This document shows, in pieces, positions 12,984-43,010 of a stretch of DNA of 64,000 nt. The translations under genes and the position numbers were made by a program. Position 1 is the stretch's first letter; the number at the start of each line of letters is the position of its first letter. The notes below the pieces were generated by a model. That model ran no database searches, was not told the DNA's origin, and worked only from the letters and a program-made list of their open reading frames with translations. This DNA comes from Amoebidium appalachense (lineage: Eukaryota > Protista > Ichthyosporea), in NCBI GenBank assembly GCA_963693365.1, contig CAVNZM010000001.1, positions 6,588,907 through 6,652,906 on the forward strand, written 5' to 3'.

Positions 12984-13591
12984 CATTTAAGATTATTCTC
13001 CTTGTCCTTGTGGGCTAGGGGGCCTGTGACTAAGATTCTAACTGGCTAGGGCCGAAATCCACGTAATCTTATATTCGGCCGCGGCCTACCCCCGGGCCGG
13101 CCTGTATCAGCCAGTCTCGAGGGCCGAACTGAACGCATGCCGCCCGCCTGGGACCAATTGGAACCTAGCTCCTCCTGCTCAACTCAGTCAGAAACCCACA
13201 ACACATGTCATGAGCACGCGTGCTGCAATCTGGTGACACGTGCACACATATTTATGTTAATCATTATTAAAGTTATGTCCAGCAACATGTACTGATGTGC
13301 ACGTGGCGATCGCCGGCCGCGACCGGTGCTACTGCATGCATGCGCTGACATCATTTTAGTAATCGCTGCATGCACGTGCACACTTAAATTTCCGGCTAGT
13401 ACAATGAAGCTCAACAACCCACCATGACACAGGGCCGAGCACAAACGGTGACACAAACATACACGGCATCATCGTGACATTTGTAATTACACAGACACAA
13501 TCAATTGCAATCGCGCCAAAATGACACACTGGTGAAAACACACACATGCACACACTAACACACACGCGCGCGCGCGCAAAAACACCTGAAG

Positions 13592-13622
<31 letters not shown>

Positions 13623-13702
13623 GCACGCACACACACACACACACATACACACACACACACACACGCACACACACACACGCACACACACACACACACACAT
13701 AC

Positions 13703-13762
<60 letters not shown>

Positions 13763-13904
13763 ACACAGACACACACCTTCACATTCGCACACGCACGTCA
13801 AACGCACGCACATATGCACGCACGAGTTCATCCTAGATACACACACACGTGACATATTCGCAAAACACACTGTCACACACACATGTACACACACACACAC
13901 ACCG

Positions 13905-13992
<88 letters not shown>

Positions 13993-14411
13993 ACACACAC
14001 ACAACTCTCTCTCCCTCTCTCTCTCTCTCCCCCCCCTCCCTCCCTCCCTCCCTCTCTCTCCCTCTCTCTCTCTCTCTCTCTCCCCCCTCCCCCTCTCGCT
14101 ACATCTCTGTCTCTCTCTCTCTCCCCCCCCCCCCTCTCCCTCTCCTTCTCCCTCTCTTGAACACATCAATTTCAAAACATCCGGTGTCTGCCTCATGTGG
14201 ACATACCCTGTTGAATAAGACATGCACACCTCGTTTAGTGACATGTGCACTGTGACACACAAGTACAATCTTTCTCAGGGTTCAACAGCATCAGCAGAAT
14301 ATGACTCTGAGCTTGCTGTGAGCTGAAAAATGCTGCAAATTTGTAAGAATGTCTAGATGCGTTTATTAATTGATTAATATTCAGCTTTTTAAAAAAACAG
14401 AGTTGTTATTT

Positions 14412-14660
14412 AAAAAGCTAGGTGATTTTGCAAATCACGGATTCAAATTGAATTCATATTGCAATTGGGATTATTTTTTTTGCAAAGCAGAATCGTTTGG
14501 CTAATGGCAGAAAACAAACTTGCAAAGAACTTTTCTGCAAAGAAAAATGACTCTAGATCTGGAAAAACTACATTCGATGTTTCATTCTGCTAGAAGCAGA
14601 TCTACTCGATGCCGAGCAGATTGATTTAGCAGATGTAATCGATATATCACCTAGCTTTTT
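14412..14660. mobile_element. Possible small MITE with 15-bp TIR AAAAAGCTAGGTGAT/ATCACCTAGCTTTTT
   Basis: Perfect 15-bp inverted repeat around an AT-rich interior rich in GCAGA/TCTGC. Only one copy in the window. Confidence 0.4.
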
Positions 14661-15003
14661 CTCTCTCACCCTCCTCGGTCCGAGTCCCTCCCTCCCAACC
14701 CCCTCCCCTCCCCCCGTCTACTCCCCCCCCCCCCCCCTCCCCCCGGCCCCCCGCCCCCGCATCCGGGCTCTCTCTCTCCGAGTCCATCTCAAGCAGCTCT
14801 CTCACTGTCACTCACTCACGTGCACTCACTCGTTCACTCGATCACTCTCACCACTCATTCGCTCATCCATTCACCCACTCACACACTTGCTCGCTCCCTC
14901 CTTCACTCTCCCTCCTTAACTTAGAATTCCTGCTTCCCCCACTCCCTCACTTGCCTTCTCTCTCCCGCCTTCCCCCGGCCTCCTCTCTCTCTCTCTCTTT
15001 CGA

Positions 15004-15040
<37 letters not shown>

Positions 15041-15817
15041 TTCCCCTTTCGGGTCCCCGAGCCTCTCTTCTCTCCGATCGTCGGGAGCCTCTCGCTCTGT
15101 ATCCTTCCCTCCCTGTTGTTGTACACATATCTATGCGCAAGTAAGCCTTTGAAGTTTATGTTCACGTGTACATGATCTTTCCCTCTCTCTCCCTTTCTGT
15201 GAGCTGCGATATTAGTGATCGAGTGCAAAAATATCAGTGCACGTGCCTAGCGTACTGCGTTTATTCATGTTTGCGTTCCTTGCATAGCATTACACGTCAC
15301 TGGTGTGGTTTATTCCCTTCGGCATTTTGCTGTCATAAAGTCTCACGTGTTTTATCATATGTGCGCGGTCCGTTTGTCTCTTATGTCAGCAAGCAACACG
15401 TACACTTGTGTGTGTCACGGAGTGCTGCTTAGTATTCTCGTATTCTTGTGTGCGTCGGTGCAGGTTTAGGAATGTTGCTTGTGTTGTATCTATGGAGACA
15501 TTTTCCTATTGGTTGTTAGATGGAATTGCATAGCAGTGCTTTATCATAGCAGCAGCAGATTTCGAACATTAGTGAGTGCATATATTTACATATATTTCTG
15601 TAGAGATATATTCTGGGTATATGTACGAACTAATATTTTTAAAACAATTCGTAGTTTATTGTTTCTTAATCGTGTGTATTAGTTTCAAGTAGCAGGTGTG
15701 ACGTGTCTTTAGCTTTGAATACCGTGTACTGTGTAGTTTCATGTGGTATGCAAGCTCAGAAGTCGGACGATTCTGATTGGCTTAGATTGTATCGGAATGG
15801 AATTTCTATTTTGAGTA

Positions 15818-16113
15818 CTAGTAAATACAGGTACCCCCCGCCCCGTTGGGGCGGGGCCTACATGGGACATGTGCACAGATTTTGAAGCGGAAGAGAAGAG
15901 AATAAATCCAGTCAAAAGAAAGAGAAGAGAACATAGAGTGTATTTGGTGAAAATTTTATAGGCACAAGATATATCATAACATGGCAACGCTGTTGCCTGG
16001 TGGAGCTTTATTTTTGTTTGTAGGGTTTTATAGAAACTAAAATATGACGCAATGTAGCCTGCACACTTTCACTGACAGGCGCAGAAATTAATATACAGGA
16101 TCCGGAACTTCTT

Positions 16114-16150
<37 letters not shown>

Positions 16151-18199
16151 TTACATATACTATACATCATTTATGGATATATTGTCTACTTCTCACCCAG
16201 TCCAGTCTTTCATCTTCTGCTCGTGAAATTGGTCACAGGCCCATTCAGACATCAACCTGCCAACATTGTGGAAGTGGGTAGTGTGCAGTAGTCGTCTTGC
16301 TGCTTTTGTGACTGACGCCTTTTTACCTGAAGTAGAAAAGGTATTGAGGCTCCAACCTGGTGTGCCTTGCAAAAACAGTAAAGGATATTGCAGTGGTTCA
16401 CATAGCTCATTTAGGTAGTGAACTTGCTCGGGACGTTGGTTTGAGAATCGGTGGAACCATATTATGTGTCTTCCTGCATGCACTGGGTCCATATCATATA
16501 AGGCTGCAATCTCGGGAGCCTGGGGTGTAGCAGTTCTTCTGTTATTCCTTTGAAAGGCTACGTGAAAGTTTTCTTGGTCTGGGTAGGCTTGGCTTAGTCT
16601 GCGGAACTCAGATGCTATAGGGTTGCACTGGTACAGAGCACTTTCGAGGAGTGAAATGAAAGCTGATGACAGCGATCTTGCAGCAGCAACTGCTGCCCGT
16701 ATACCTTCATAGATATAGTACCTTATATTGGAAAGACTGGTAGTTGAATCGTGCACCCTGTGGTATGACCTGCCGCATACCTTGACAAATGAAGGAGCTG
16801 CCTGTGTAACGGTTCTTTGAGACCAGCCCATGGCTGTGAATGCAAACATGTTGTTATATTCTCTTGCCTTTTTGGTGAAAGCAGGTGTGCTGTATAGTCG
16901 TGTTAGCTGTAAAGGGAGGGGGGGGAGTGTTGGGATCACCCATTTTCCGTTTCCACAACAGACTCGAGGATTTCTCCTCTTTTAATAGGCGTGAGGTGCA
17001 AAAACTACAGACGTTCTGTTGTGACAGAGTAACGTTTTCCAGTTTCCATTCGCTGATGTGTGCAAAAACATCTGCAGGCTCTTGCAACTTTTATGAGTTG
17101 TATCCTGTGTGTGTCTCTTCATACAGGATATCCAGTGTTCTGGTGTGGTTTGGCTGGAGTACTAAGTGGCGGGGTTTTAGGCGGTTCATAAAGGGTGTCC
17201 AGATCCTTAAGTTGGTTTGTGTCATGGAGCAGAGTGCGCATGCATCAAATAAACCATGGCAACAGAAAAAGTCATCAACTTTTACTGAACTGTACGTATA
17301 GGAGGCAGACACTTTAGGCACATATTCGCTTGTCATTAAAAACTCAAACAAAAAGGCACGCAGCAGGTCTGGCTTTTTAATGGCTTGCAGAAGATTTGCA
17401 CGACCAGATTCAATTAAGGCAATTTGGTGTTGTAGGTGTGTGCCGAGTGGGTGTGCAAGTGTAAAGGCCTGACGCAAAGCCATTGTGATGTCTGGTTTTT
17501 GTGCATAGTGGTGAGAGACGCCATATGTGTTGGTGTATGACTCGTGTATGTCTTAAGCAGTGTCAAGTGCACAGGCAGAGCATTTCTGGAGTGTGTGTGC
17601 GTGAAAATCAAGTTCCTCATTTTGGGCAAATGCTGCAATGTGTCCAAGTTTCCCACTTCCAAAGGCTTCATACATTTCAATTGCCGCAAGGTGCATTAGA
17701 GGGCCGACAAGCGCAGGGTTGTCAAGGGAACGCCACAGCATGTGCATGCACTCAACGTTATCATAACCTAGAACTGTGAACAGGGAAACTGTTTTTTGGG
17801 AGTTGACATGTGATAAAAGAGACGGAAACGTGTAATTTGTAAAGAAAGTAGACTGTGCGTGGCACATCAGTCTTGTAATTATTCACGTCGTACTCCAGGT
17901 ACGCGGAGAGTGGCGGCGTCTGCGCCATGATTGCGGCTAGAAGAAGCCACAACACAGCAACGTTGGCCACTGCAGACCTTGAAGAGGGAGTTTTGTACAA
18001 TCACACTGCTCTCCACAGTAGTGCAACTTCTGTCTAGTGAAAACTGACGGCATTGACCCGTGCAGCGCCGTTTTATATGACTTTATCGGTAAATCTAGTG
18101 ACCAAAATTTGGAAATTGCAGAAATGCGGACGTAAACCCTCAGAGCTTGTGTTGATTGTGCACGGCCCGCCTTACAAAAAATAAATAGGTACAGCTAGA
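15818..18199 (-). mobile_element. Internally deleted Helitron
   Basis: 3' end: hairpin CCCCGCCCC-AAC-GGGGCGGGG (15836-15856), then CTAG (15821-15818), then T. Candidate 5' end A|TCTAGCTGTAC at 18199 is less certain. Encodes a Rep N-terminal fragment. Confidence 0.8.
16193..17928 (-). pseudogene. Decayed Helitron Rep/helicase ORF, N-terminal part only (about 2 stops and 2 frameshifts)
   Basis: CSFC...CCGNGK zinc motif, REYNNMFAFTAMG, VKVCGRSYHR and EPLQYPLLFLQGTPGW are characteristic of the Helitron N-terminal region. ORFs at 17553-17867, 17091-17483 and 16854-17087 are in frame across TAA stops. HUH/Y2 and helicase parts are absent. Confidence 0.82.
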
Positions 18200-18229
18200 T
18201 AACTATTCAAAACCTTGCTACTGAGTCGC

Positions 18230-18265
<36 letters not shown>

Positions 18266-19759
18266 AGCTCTAGAGCTCTAGAGCTCTCTCTCGAGCTCTA
18301 GAGCTCTCTCTTTCACTCTCTCTCGAGCTCTCTCTCTCCCCTTCTCTCTCTCTCCCTCCCTCCCCCACACTCTCTCTTCTCGATCATTCTCCTCACTTTT
18401 CCCCTCCCTCCCTCCATATAATATTAGTAGGTATACGTAGATAATAAGTTCCGGGCTTTGTGTGCGCATGCAAACACATTCACACGCACGCACATACACG
18501 AACACACACACACATGCAGCATGCACGCACGCACATGCACGCACGCACGCACACACACACAAGCACACACACAGAGACGTACACGTGTCACCGTGACGTC
18601 CCTCTCGACAGAGGACACACAGACTCAGACAGCCATCCCCGGGCCCCCCCCCCCCCCCCCCCCCCCCCCGCACCCCTCCACCCTCACCCCACCACGCCCC
18701 AAACACACACTTGTAATACACTCATACATACGGTGACACGTGTACATGTCCGGACACACGCTGGGCCGGAAGACGTCAAAAATACTACCGTACGCGTATT
18801 CAATAAAACACACACGCACACTCGAGTGACCGAGTCTCAAATATGATTGACCAAGTGACTGATGGCAGTCTGTTGCCAAAAAAAGCAACCAATCACATTC
18901 ACGACAAGTAGAATACACCAATCAAGATTCGAATACTACCCATAGTTCCTGAACATGTGCGAAGCCTTTTGCCGATTGGATGTTATAATCTGGTGACTAT
19001 GAATTGTAGATGCCTAAGATGGTGATCGAATCGTATTCGTTTGGTTATCTGTCGCGTGCTTTTGGCGCGGTCAGTCACGCTAGGGTGTGAAATCTGTTTT
19101 AGGCTAGGACAGTACCATTTATAGCGGTTTTTCTTATACGTTTGGCATTTATAATAGGTCCACTAATAGAGAAACTTATTGTAACAATAATGACCTAACT
19201 CATATAGTTAGGGACAAACACCCTTTCCGCGATTTCAAGGACAACCCGATGACCATAAAAACTTCAATTTCACAGCCTGTATCAGGTTCATTCGCCCAAA
19301 ACTCACCAAGCGGGGGGTGTTTTTCTTTGAGCTTCCCGATTGCACTGTTGCGCTGTTCATTTATTACAGGAAAAAAACATTCGTTGCCCGACGACCATCC
19401 GACATAAAATGAAAAGTTTAGGAGGTTTCCAATGGAACAAAAACACCAACCTTGGTGCGCATTCAAGGTAACGAAAAAGTGTGTTTGTTGGCCGCCTCTG
19501 CACAGTCACTGCGACTGTGTGAACCAAGTCATAATTATCACATACAACAAATGCGGAAAGAGAGAATACTATCAAAAAACTACCATAAGACACGCTACAA
19601 GAATACTTTCCACGAGTTATTTATAGTTTGGATACGTGTAGTAGTGCTGACTTCACTTTGCAGCTCTTATAAGGCACTAGCTAAACACAGCTCTACTACA
19701 AAACCGAAATTTCACAACCACCACGCTCCTATCTTAGCAGACACACACACCAACCGAAA

Positions 19760-21127
19760 ATGTTGATCAGGTCATTCCTTTTGGCACTGTTGTGCCATAT
19801 GGCTAAGCTTTCCTCCGCTCATCCCGCCACCCATCGCACACTCATTCGCTATGTCCGTCAAGCAGAAGCCGCAGTGACAGAGCAGAAACCAGTTACGCCA
19901 AGCCCGGCCACTGATTGTGGAATTAGTGTGGGCACTGACTGTTTCTCATCACTTATCGCAGCCATTGAATCCGTCGCGCCTGGAGGTACAGTTACCGTAA
20001 ACGGAAACGTGACCGTTACAAGCGAGATACCCGTAACGAAAACCCTTTCGGTTGTGGGTGCAGGGGGCGACGCAGCTATCACAGCAAATTTGGGGTCCAA
20101 AAAAGGAGTAACAATCTTCCGCGGGAACACGGCAAACATCACTCTGTCGCTCGCTGACATCTTCTTCCTGAACATCGGTGAAATTGGTTCCGTTTTCCGC
20201 ACCACAGATCTCGGTACCGGCGAGTTCATCGGCGAGGGGGATCCAGGCCCGGTTTCCCTCGTAGTTCGCAACTGCAAGTTCGAGAAATTCTTCACGGACA
20301 TGAGAGGGGGCTCCGTGTTTTCCATGGGAACATCAAGGAAAATAGATATCCAGCACTCAACTTTCAACAACAACACCGTGTTTTTCGAGGAGGACATGTA
20401 TGAGGGCGGTGGAGCGATCTGGGCATACACTGCCGTGGGAGACTTTACGTTTTCCGGAAATTCGTTTTACGGAAACAAGAATCTGTTTGGGCACGGCCTG
20501 GGAGGCGCCATTTGCCTCAACAACCTCACCGGTATGGTCGAAATTACCGGAAATGATTTCATCGAGAATGTTGCAAACGGTGGGGGGGCTATCTACATCG
20601 GAAACATGAGCAGCTCCGATTCTCAGGTCACCATCGACTCAAAGTTTATCCGGAACAGGGCCCAGGATAACGGGTGGCATAGTGGTGCCCGGGGGGGTGC
20701 TGTATGGCTTGCGCAAATTCGCGGCACCGTGGACATTGATGGCACCTACGACGGGAATGAATGTCGCGAAGATCGCGGGGGGGTTTTTGCAAACAACCGC
20801 AACTGGGGGACGGTGAACCTGAAGGGCACCTATGACAACAACGTTGCAAATACGACCCGCGGGGGTTCCATTTGGGACACCCACTATGAAAATTCGGGCA
20901 AATTCAACAACGATGCGAAAATTGGTTTTGGCAACTCAGTCCCCGCGATCAAGCTGGAGAAGGGGAAAGACTATGTGAGTGATGAGGAAAAAGTATCAGG
21001 GAGTGTTGGTGCCGCCGGTGCTAAGGCAACCCCAACCTCAGCGGCTGCAGAACCCACCGCAAAACCAACAAAGACGAAAAAGGCAACCACTACGTCCAAA
21101 GCAAAGAAGACGGATTCGGCGGCGTAA
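19760..21127 (+). CDS. Intronless secreted right-handed beta-helix protein with polymorphic-membrane-protein-like FxxN/GGA(I/V) repeats and a Thr/Lys/Ala-rich tail
   Basis: 455-aa non-repetitive ORF with signal peptide MLIRSFLLALLCHMAKLSSA. Repeated motifs FNNN..GGGAIW, FYGN..GGAIC, FIEN..GGAIY, FIRN..GGAVW. Confidence 0.85.
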   Translation: MLIRSFLLALLCHMAKLSSAHPATHRTLIRYVRQAEAAVTEQKPVTPSPATDCGISVGTDCFSSLIAAIESVAPGGTVTVNGNVTVTSEIPVTKTLSVVGAGGDAAITANLGSKKGVTIFRGNTANITLSLADIFFLNIGEIGSVFRTTDLGTGEFIGEGDPGPVSLVVRNCKFEKFFTDMRGGSVFSMGTSRKIDIQHSTFNNNTVFFEEDMYEGGGAIWAYTAVGDFTFSGNSFYGNKNLFGHGLGGAICLNNLTGMVEITGNDFIENVANGGGAIYIGNMSSSDSQVTIDSKFIRNRAQDNGWHSGARGGAVWLAQIRGTVDIDGTYDGNECREDRGGVFANNRNWGTVNLKGTYDNNVANTTRGGSIWDTHYENSGKFNNDAKIGFGNSVPAIKLEKGKDYVSDEEKVSGSVGAAGAKATPTSAAAEPTAKPTKTKKATTTSKAKKTDSAA

Positions 21128-21850
21128 TTATTCAGTTTGCCAAATTTGGGTTGGTTTCAGTGCACAATATTGGCTAATCATGTGTGTTTTCTTGGTGGTG
21201 CTCTCTTCCTGCACGTACATACACGCCTGCATATACATCTCGCAACATAACACCTGTCGTTTTTATTTTTTTTAGTTGTGGATGCATATGCTTAGGTCGA
21301 ACTAATTCGACCTATCTATGTACATTCTGTTTCATAGGGGATTATGGGAATAATTTTCTGCAATAATAATCACTAGTGTGACCTGCGGTATTCACTAAAA
21401 CATGTAGGTTGCTGTAAGAAAGCTGTAATGATCAGTCTGTGTAGTACAAGTTCTGACGTTCATTCGTTCCGGCATAGTCTAGAGAATAATGCCTGTTGGA
21501 TGAATGTGCGGGGGTAGTGGCCTGGTGCCTACTATGAAGAGTGGGCATAAATTGCCGATGTAAATTTAGGATGTTATGCAAACATGTCCTATAATCACCT
21601 GTGGACGGGATCCACATAAAAAGAGGTGCTGTAATTTCCACATTTAGAGCATGCACTGTGATATGGAAAGAATACACTCGCTCGATGCTTCTTTTTCCTG
21701 TTGACTTGTACCCTGCCCTCGTCCACTCCCCCCTCCACCCCCCCCTATATAATGCAATGCTCTGTATGTGTGGTTTGCAATCTGCATTGTCTTGCCCAAT
21801 GTGAATATGTACTTCTTACTTTATCGCGCAGTCAAACCTCCCCCCCCCCC

Positions 21851-21881
<31 letters not shown>

Positions 21882-22030
21882 ACACACACACTCACCAAAC
21901 ACACACACTAGAGAAAAAAGGGTTGTGTTGGGCGCTGGCACTTATATTACATTTTTTTTTTTCTTAGGCCGCAAATTCAACGTGATACTATAGACAAGCC
22001 CAATTTGTTAACACACCTCTCCACCACACT

Positions 22031-22138
22031 ATCATAAAACTTCATGCACACTTCACGATTATTGACATCATAAAACTTCATGCACACTTCACGATTATTG
22101 ACATCCTAAAACTTCATGCACACTTCACGATTATTGAC
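22031..22138. repeat. Tandem repeat, 3 x 36 bp (ATCATAAAACTTCATGCACACTTCACGATTATTGAC)
   Basis: Contiguous units with no spacers. Confidence 0.9.
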
Positions 22139-22298
22139 AAGTTCTCAACAGGTGCGGTTGATCATATGCCCACCGTTTTGTGCACTTTGTTCTCGCAGAC
22201 GTCTCACCGCATCATGGGATCCTCCCACCTCGCGCTCTCACTGAAACGAATCCCTTCCCTGAATGTGCAACCTTCTCACTCTTTGACACATGTCATCC

Positions 22299-22329
<31 letters not shown>

Positions 22330-23079
22330 TTTTTTTTTTTTTTTTGAAAGGAAGAGATGAGTGTCAAGTACACCACTCTGGTAATACATTAGAAGGGCTG
22401 GCCGGTTCGTTGAATAGCATTTTAGGTCACATTAGGCAAGGACTCCCGAGACTGAACGTTCACGTGCACTCTGTTAATACTCTCCATGGGGAATAGGTTT
22501 CCTTCTTTCTTTCTTTCTCCCTCTGGGTCTCTTCCCCTCCCCCCCCCCCCCCCGGAACACCCCAACACCCCACCCGGCCGCCACCCCAACCCACCGCTTT
22601 CCTTCCTCCTCTGCCTCATCCCCTCCAAAGCCCAAAAAGCAACCTATTATCAATTGATTCGTACCCCACACACAACATATAACAGGGGTTTGTACAACAA
22701 TGTTAACACGTAATTTTGGCTTTAATACGCCCTTAACAGGGCATTTGTTGTGCCTGTCCGGCACCGAAAGTTTCGCTCCTTTGATTACACTTTATAGGTT
22801 GCGGACCCGTGACTGTCTTATAAATAAACACACCATGCCCATATTTGGCAATATGTTTTACACTGTAGAATTTTTGATTTCATCTTCATCACCTTAATCA
22901 CACTCACACAGTTGGTCACACGATGCACCGTAGCATTCAAATACATATCGGTTAGGATTATCATAAGGATTCTTAGCGAGGACTATACCACATACAATCA
23001 TACACCGTTGTGCACGTGCATATTTGCATGTGTGCACTTTTGTTGCATTCGTGTGCAGAGATGACAGATGAATACGTGC

Positions 23080-23117
<38 letters not shown>

Positions 23118-23123
23118 ACACCA

Positions 23124-23159
<36 letters not shown>

Positions 23160-23521
23160 CCCCACCACCACCAACAAATGCGGGGCGTTACACCTAGCCC
23201 CCGTTGATCCCCCTAAACCACCATCCTCGAATCTTTTCGATCCAAGCATACATTCATTCTCAACAGCATTTCACACCAAACGAACATAGGGTGGGTGTGG
23301 GGAGAATGGGTAACAAAAGGTGGGGGAGGAGGATGCGGTTATGTAAAAGAGGGAGGAGGGACGGGGGGAGGGGAGGAGAGAAAGAGAGGGAGAAAGAAAG
23401 AGAGGGAGAGAGAACCTTAAATTTTCTGGAAATGTAAAAACACATTCGAATGGAAGCGAACAACAGATGGGTCACGTGGCCCCAAGCATCACCAACAAGC
23501 CAACGATCAGGGGGATGGATG

Positions 23522-40563
<17,042 letters not shown>

Positions 40564-40717
40564 TCTCTCTTCACGTATGTATAAGCTGAGGCTATCTATA
40601 TGTGCCTATATAAACTAAAAAACGTGACTGAAAAGGTGATTTTAACTGTTGCTTATGACTGGTTGTCACTTACCACTATGTATGCTCCTAGTGTTGACCC
40701 AGACGTACACTTGTTTG

Positions 40718-40756
<39 letters not shown>

Positions 40757-40990
40757 GGCTGCAGGCGCATAGCTAACCACACATCAAACCGTGTACTCCC
40801 AAGCTAGACCACTGAAACGTTTGTCTGTTAGATTATACAGTTACAGTGCAGGGCTCAACTTAAAAAGTGAAGGGGCCGGCTGGCAGGCAGTGTGCCCGCC
40901 CGGCACAAAAAGTCACATGCATGTAAAAAAAAGCGCGGGAACTTTGAGCCAATCAAAAGCCGATGACGTCATCGTGAATATTAAATTTTT

Positions 40991-41082
40991 CCCTCGACCG
41001 CCGGCCCCGCGAGCACTGTACCGTGTGCATATTGCACCCTCGACCGCCGGCCCCGCGAGTACTGTACCGTGTACATATTGCA
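40991..41082. repeat. 46-bp tandem duplication upstream of DNAJC21
   Basis: CCCTCGACCGCCGGCCCCGCGAG(C/T)ACTGTACCGTGT(G/A)CATATTGCA, two copies. Confidence 0.85.
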
Positions 41083-42554
41083 TTAGGACAGTATCATATC
41101 ATACAGCTACTACCTCACGTTTACGGCCTACGTGTTTTCCGGGCCTCGTGACCATGGATATAGGGCCCCTAGCTGCATATATATGCATGACAATGCATAA
41201 TAACCTCGTGCTCATTAATCATTGGCAAACATATATCGCGATATCGATATCGATGATCATCATCATGCATGCCGCTGGGTAATTACTTGTCAGGAGCATA
41301 TGCCGCATCCACCGGGGTGGACATGTGCTCTCGCATACACAGGTGACGTACACATCTCAATTGAAACTCTTATGATGTCCTTGTCGGAGATGCGGCTCAT
41401 AATTATCGACGCGGCACCCGTGGTTGTACATGTGCACGGACGTGTGCGGATCCGGACATACGGGTACACAGCCATGTTGGCCTCATATTATCATGTACAT
41501 ATGATTATGCGAGTGCCTGCGTGCGTGCTGTGGACTTTGTGCAGCTGATATCAGCAACGCAGCGGGATAGTATGCTTCATATGACCGCAAAGCGCACGGG
41601 TGCTTGCGCGGGCAAGGTGAGGCCCGCACGGAGATTTCCATTCTTTCCATGTCCAGACGCGGCCTTGGCACCATTTAGCTCCAAAGAGCAAAATGAGCCA
41701 ATCAGAATCAGAGCCGCCTTGATAGCCAATAGCAGCGCGGCAACTTGCTATGTAGGTTTAAGTGTAGATGTCCACCGATTGTGGCACCGAATCTAATTAG
41801 CCGCACGTGAGCTGTTGATGTGGCATAAAGATGGCTCGCGAGCAACATGGTGCATCAAGGCATATCAGGCTCAATAGCAGGTCATTTAGTTATAGATGGG
41901 TTCTTTCTATAAGCTTTTGTTTGCTGAACGCGAGCTCTTTTGATTTATTGCGACCTAAAGTGGATATCCCACAGCGTGTGCTGCACGGTGTGCAGCAGCA
42001 AGGTGTATGTTCTGAGAGCTGCATTCCTGCGGGTGCGGATTTTACCAACCAGGTTTATTATTTTTCGACCTGCAAATTCGATCCAATTTAATCCAATCGA
42101 AAAAGGTATATATAAAACAGTGAACCATATCAGTCTCTTGTATCACGAGTACAAAGCACCGCGCACGCTAATTCGTTTATCCTCCATGTACCATGAGTAT
42201 AAATATCTTTTACTGGGCCGCAACAGGTATGAAGTCAATGTACTGTAGGTGATGATATACCGTTTTCCCCTTTGACAATACGTATACAGCAAAGTTTGGG
42301 CTGTAGCACACACGTAGAATAGAATTATAGCGTTACAGTACAATCGTTTAAATCCCCTTGGCTTAAGAACTCTGCAAGCATCAGGTTTAGAAACTGCAAC
42401 CACGTGCATTTGCACCGGTCACCGTGATAGAAAGCAAGTCACCGGTACCGTTCTAGACCTGCACAAACACATGCAAAGTGATCACACACTGTTGCGACAT
42501 CTTATTACTTTATTTCCTCGTTTCTCGTGAACAGGCGAAGAAAGCCCAGAGAAA

Positions 42555-43010
42555 ATGACTGAAGTTGCAAACGCACTTATAGCTGGGGTTGCCTCGCCAC
42601 GCGAAACGCGCAGAGTTTCGTTTTGCGCTCAAATGACCGTCGGTGAAGTATGGGGAAAGAAAGAAGGGAACAGAAAGGCGTGGCGGAAGCGCGACATGTC
42701 TAAAAAAGCAATAAAGCAACTGGAGGAATTGAACAGAGAACTGTTTCCACACGGGCGCCTTTATGGCGATGTAAACTGCTACGACGAAGAGTTTTTGGTT
42801 GACAAACCTTCAGATTCCTCTCTTGATTCTAACGAGAGTATTGAGGTTGCATTCAGAAAGCGACACAACAGTCTACCGGGAGTGGTAACTGGAATTGCGA
42901 GTCTAGCAACTGACCGCCGCCTGTCTGTCCCTACGGTTAAAGTCCCGATGCTTCCGTCTCCACTCACAACGCACGCGCACAGTGATAACGAAGATCGGTC
43001 GGACTCATGA
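42555..43010 (+). CDS. Hypothetical 151-aa protein with an RVxF motif (possible PP1-interacting protein)
   Basis: ATG-initiated, non-repetitive ORF. RRVSF followed by VGEVW..KE..RK. Ser/Asp-rich tail with RHNS and RRLS basophilic phosphosites. Confidence 0.55.
   Translation: MTEVANALIAGVASPRETRRVSFCAQMTVGEVWGKKEGNRKAWRKRDMSKKAIKQLEELNRELFPHGRLYGDVNCYDEEFLVDKPSDSSLDSNESIEVAFRKRHNSLPGVVTGIASLATDRRLSVPTVKVPMLPSPLTTHAHSDNEDRSDS

Noticed and set aside
19050-19085. Weak hairpin followed by CTAG
   Set aside because: The stem is poor and CTAG is not followed by T, so it is not accepted as a Helitron end.
19858-20884. Antisense ORFs over the beta-helix gene, and similar shadows over the kinase, MRPL32 and FkbM
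   Set aside because: They are reverse-strand shadows of real coding sequence.
22031-22138. 36-bp repeats of CRISPR-like length (also the 34-bp and 41-bp arrays)
   Set aside because: Units are contiguous with no unique spacers, there are no cas genes, and the context is eukaryotic.
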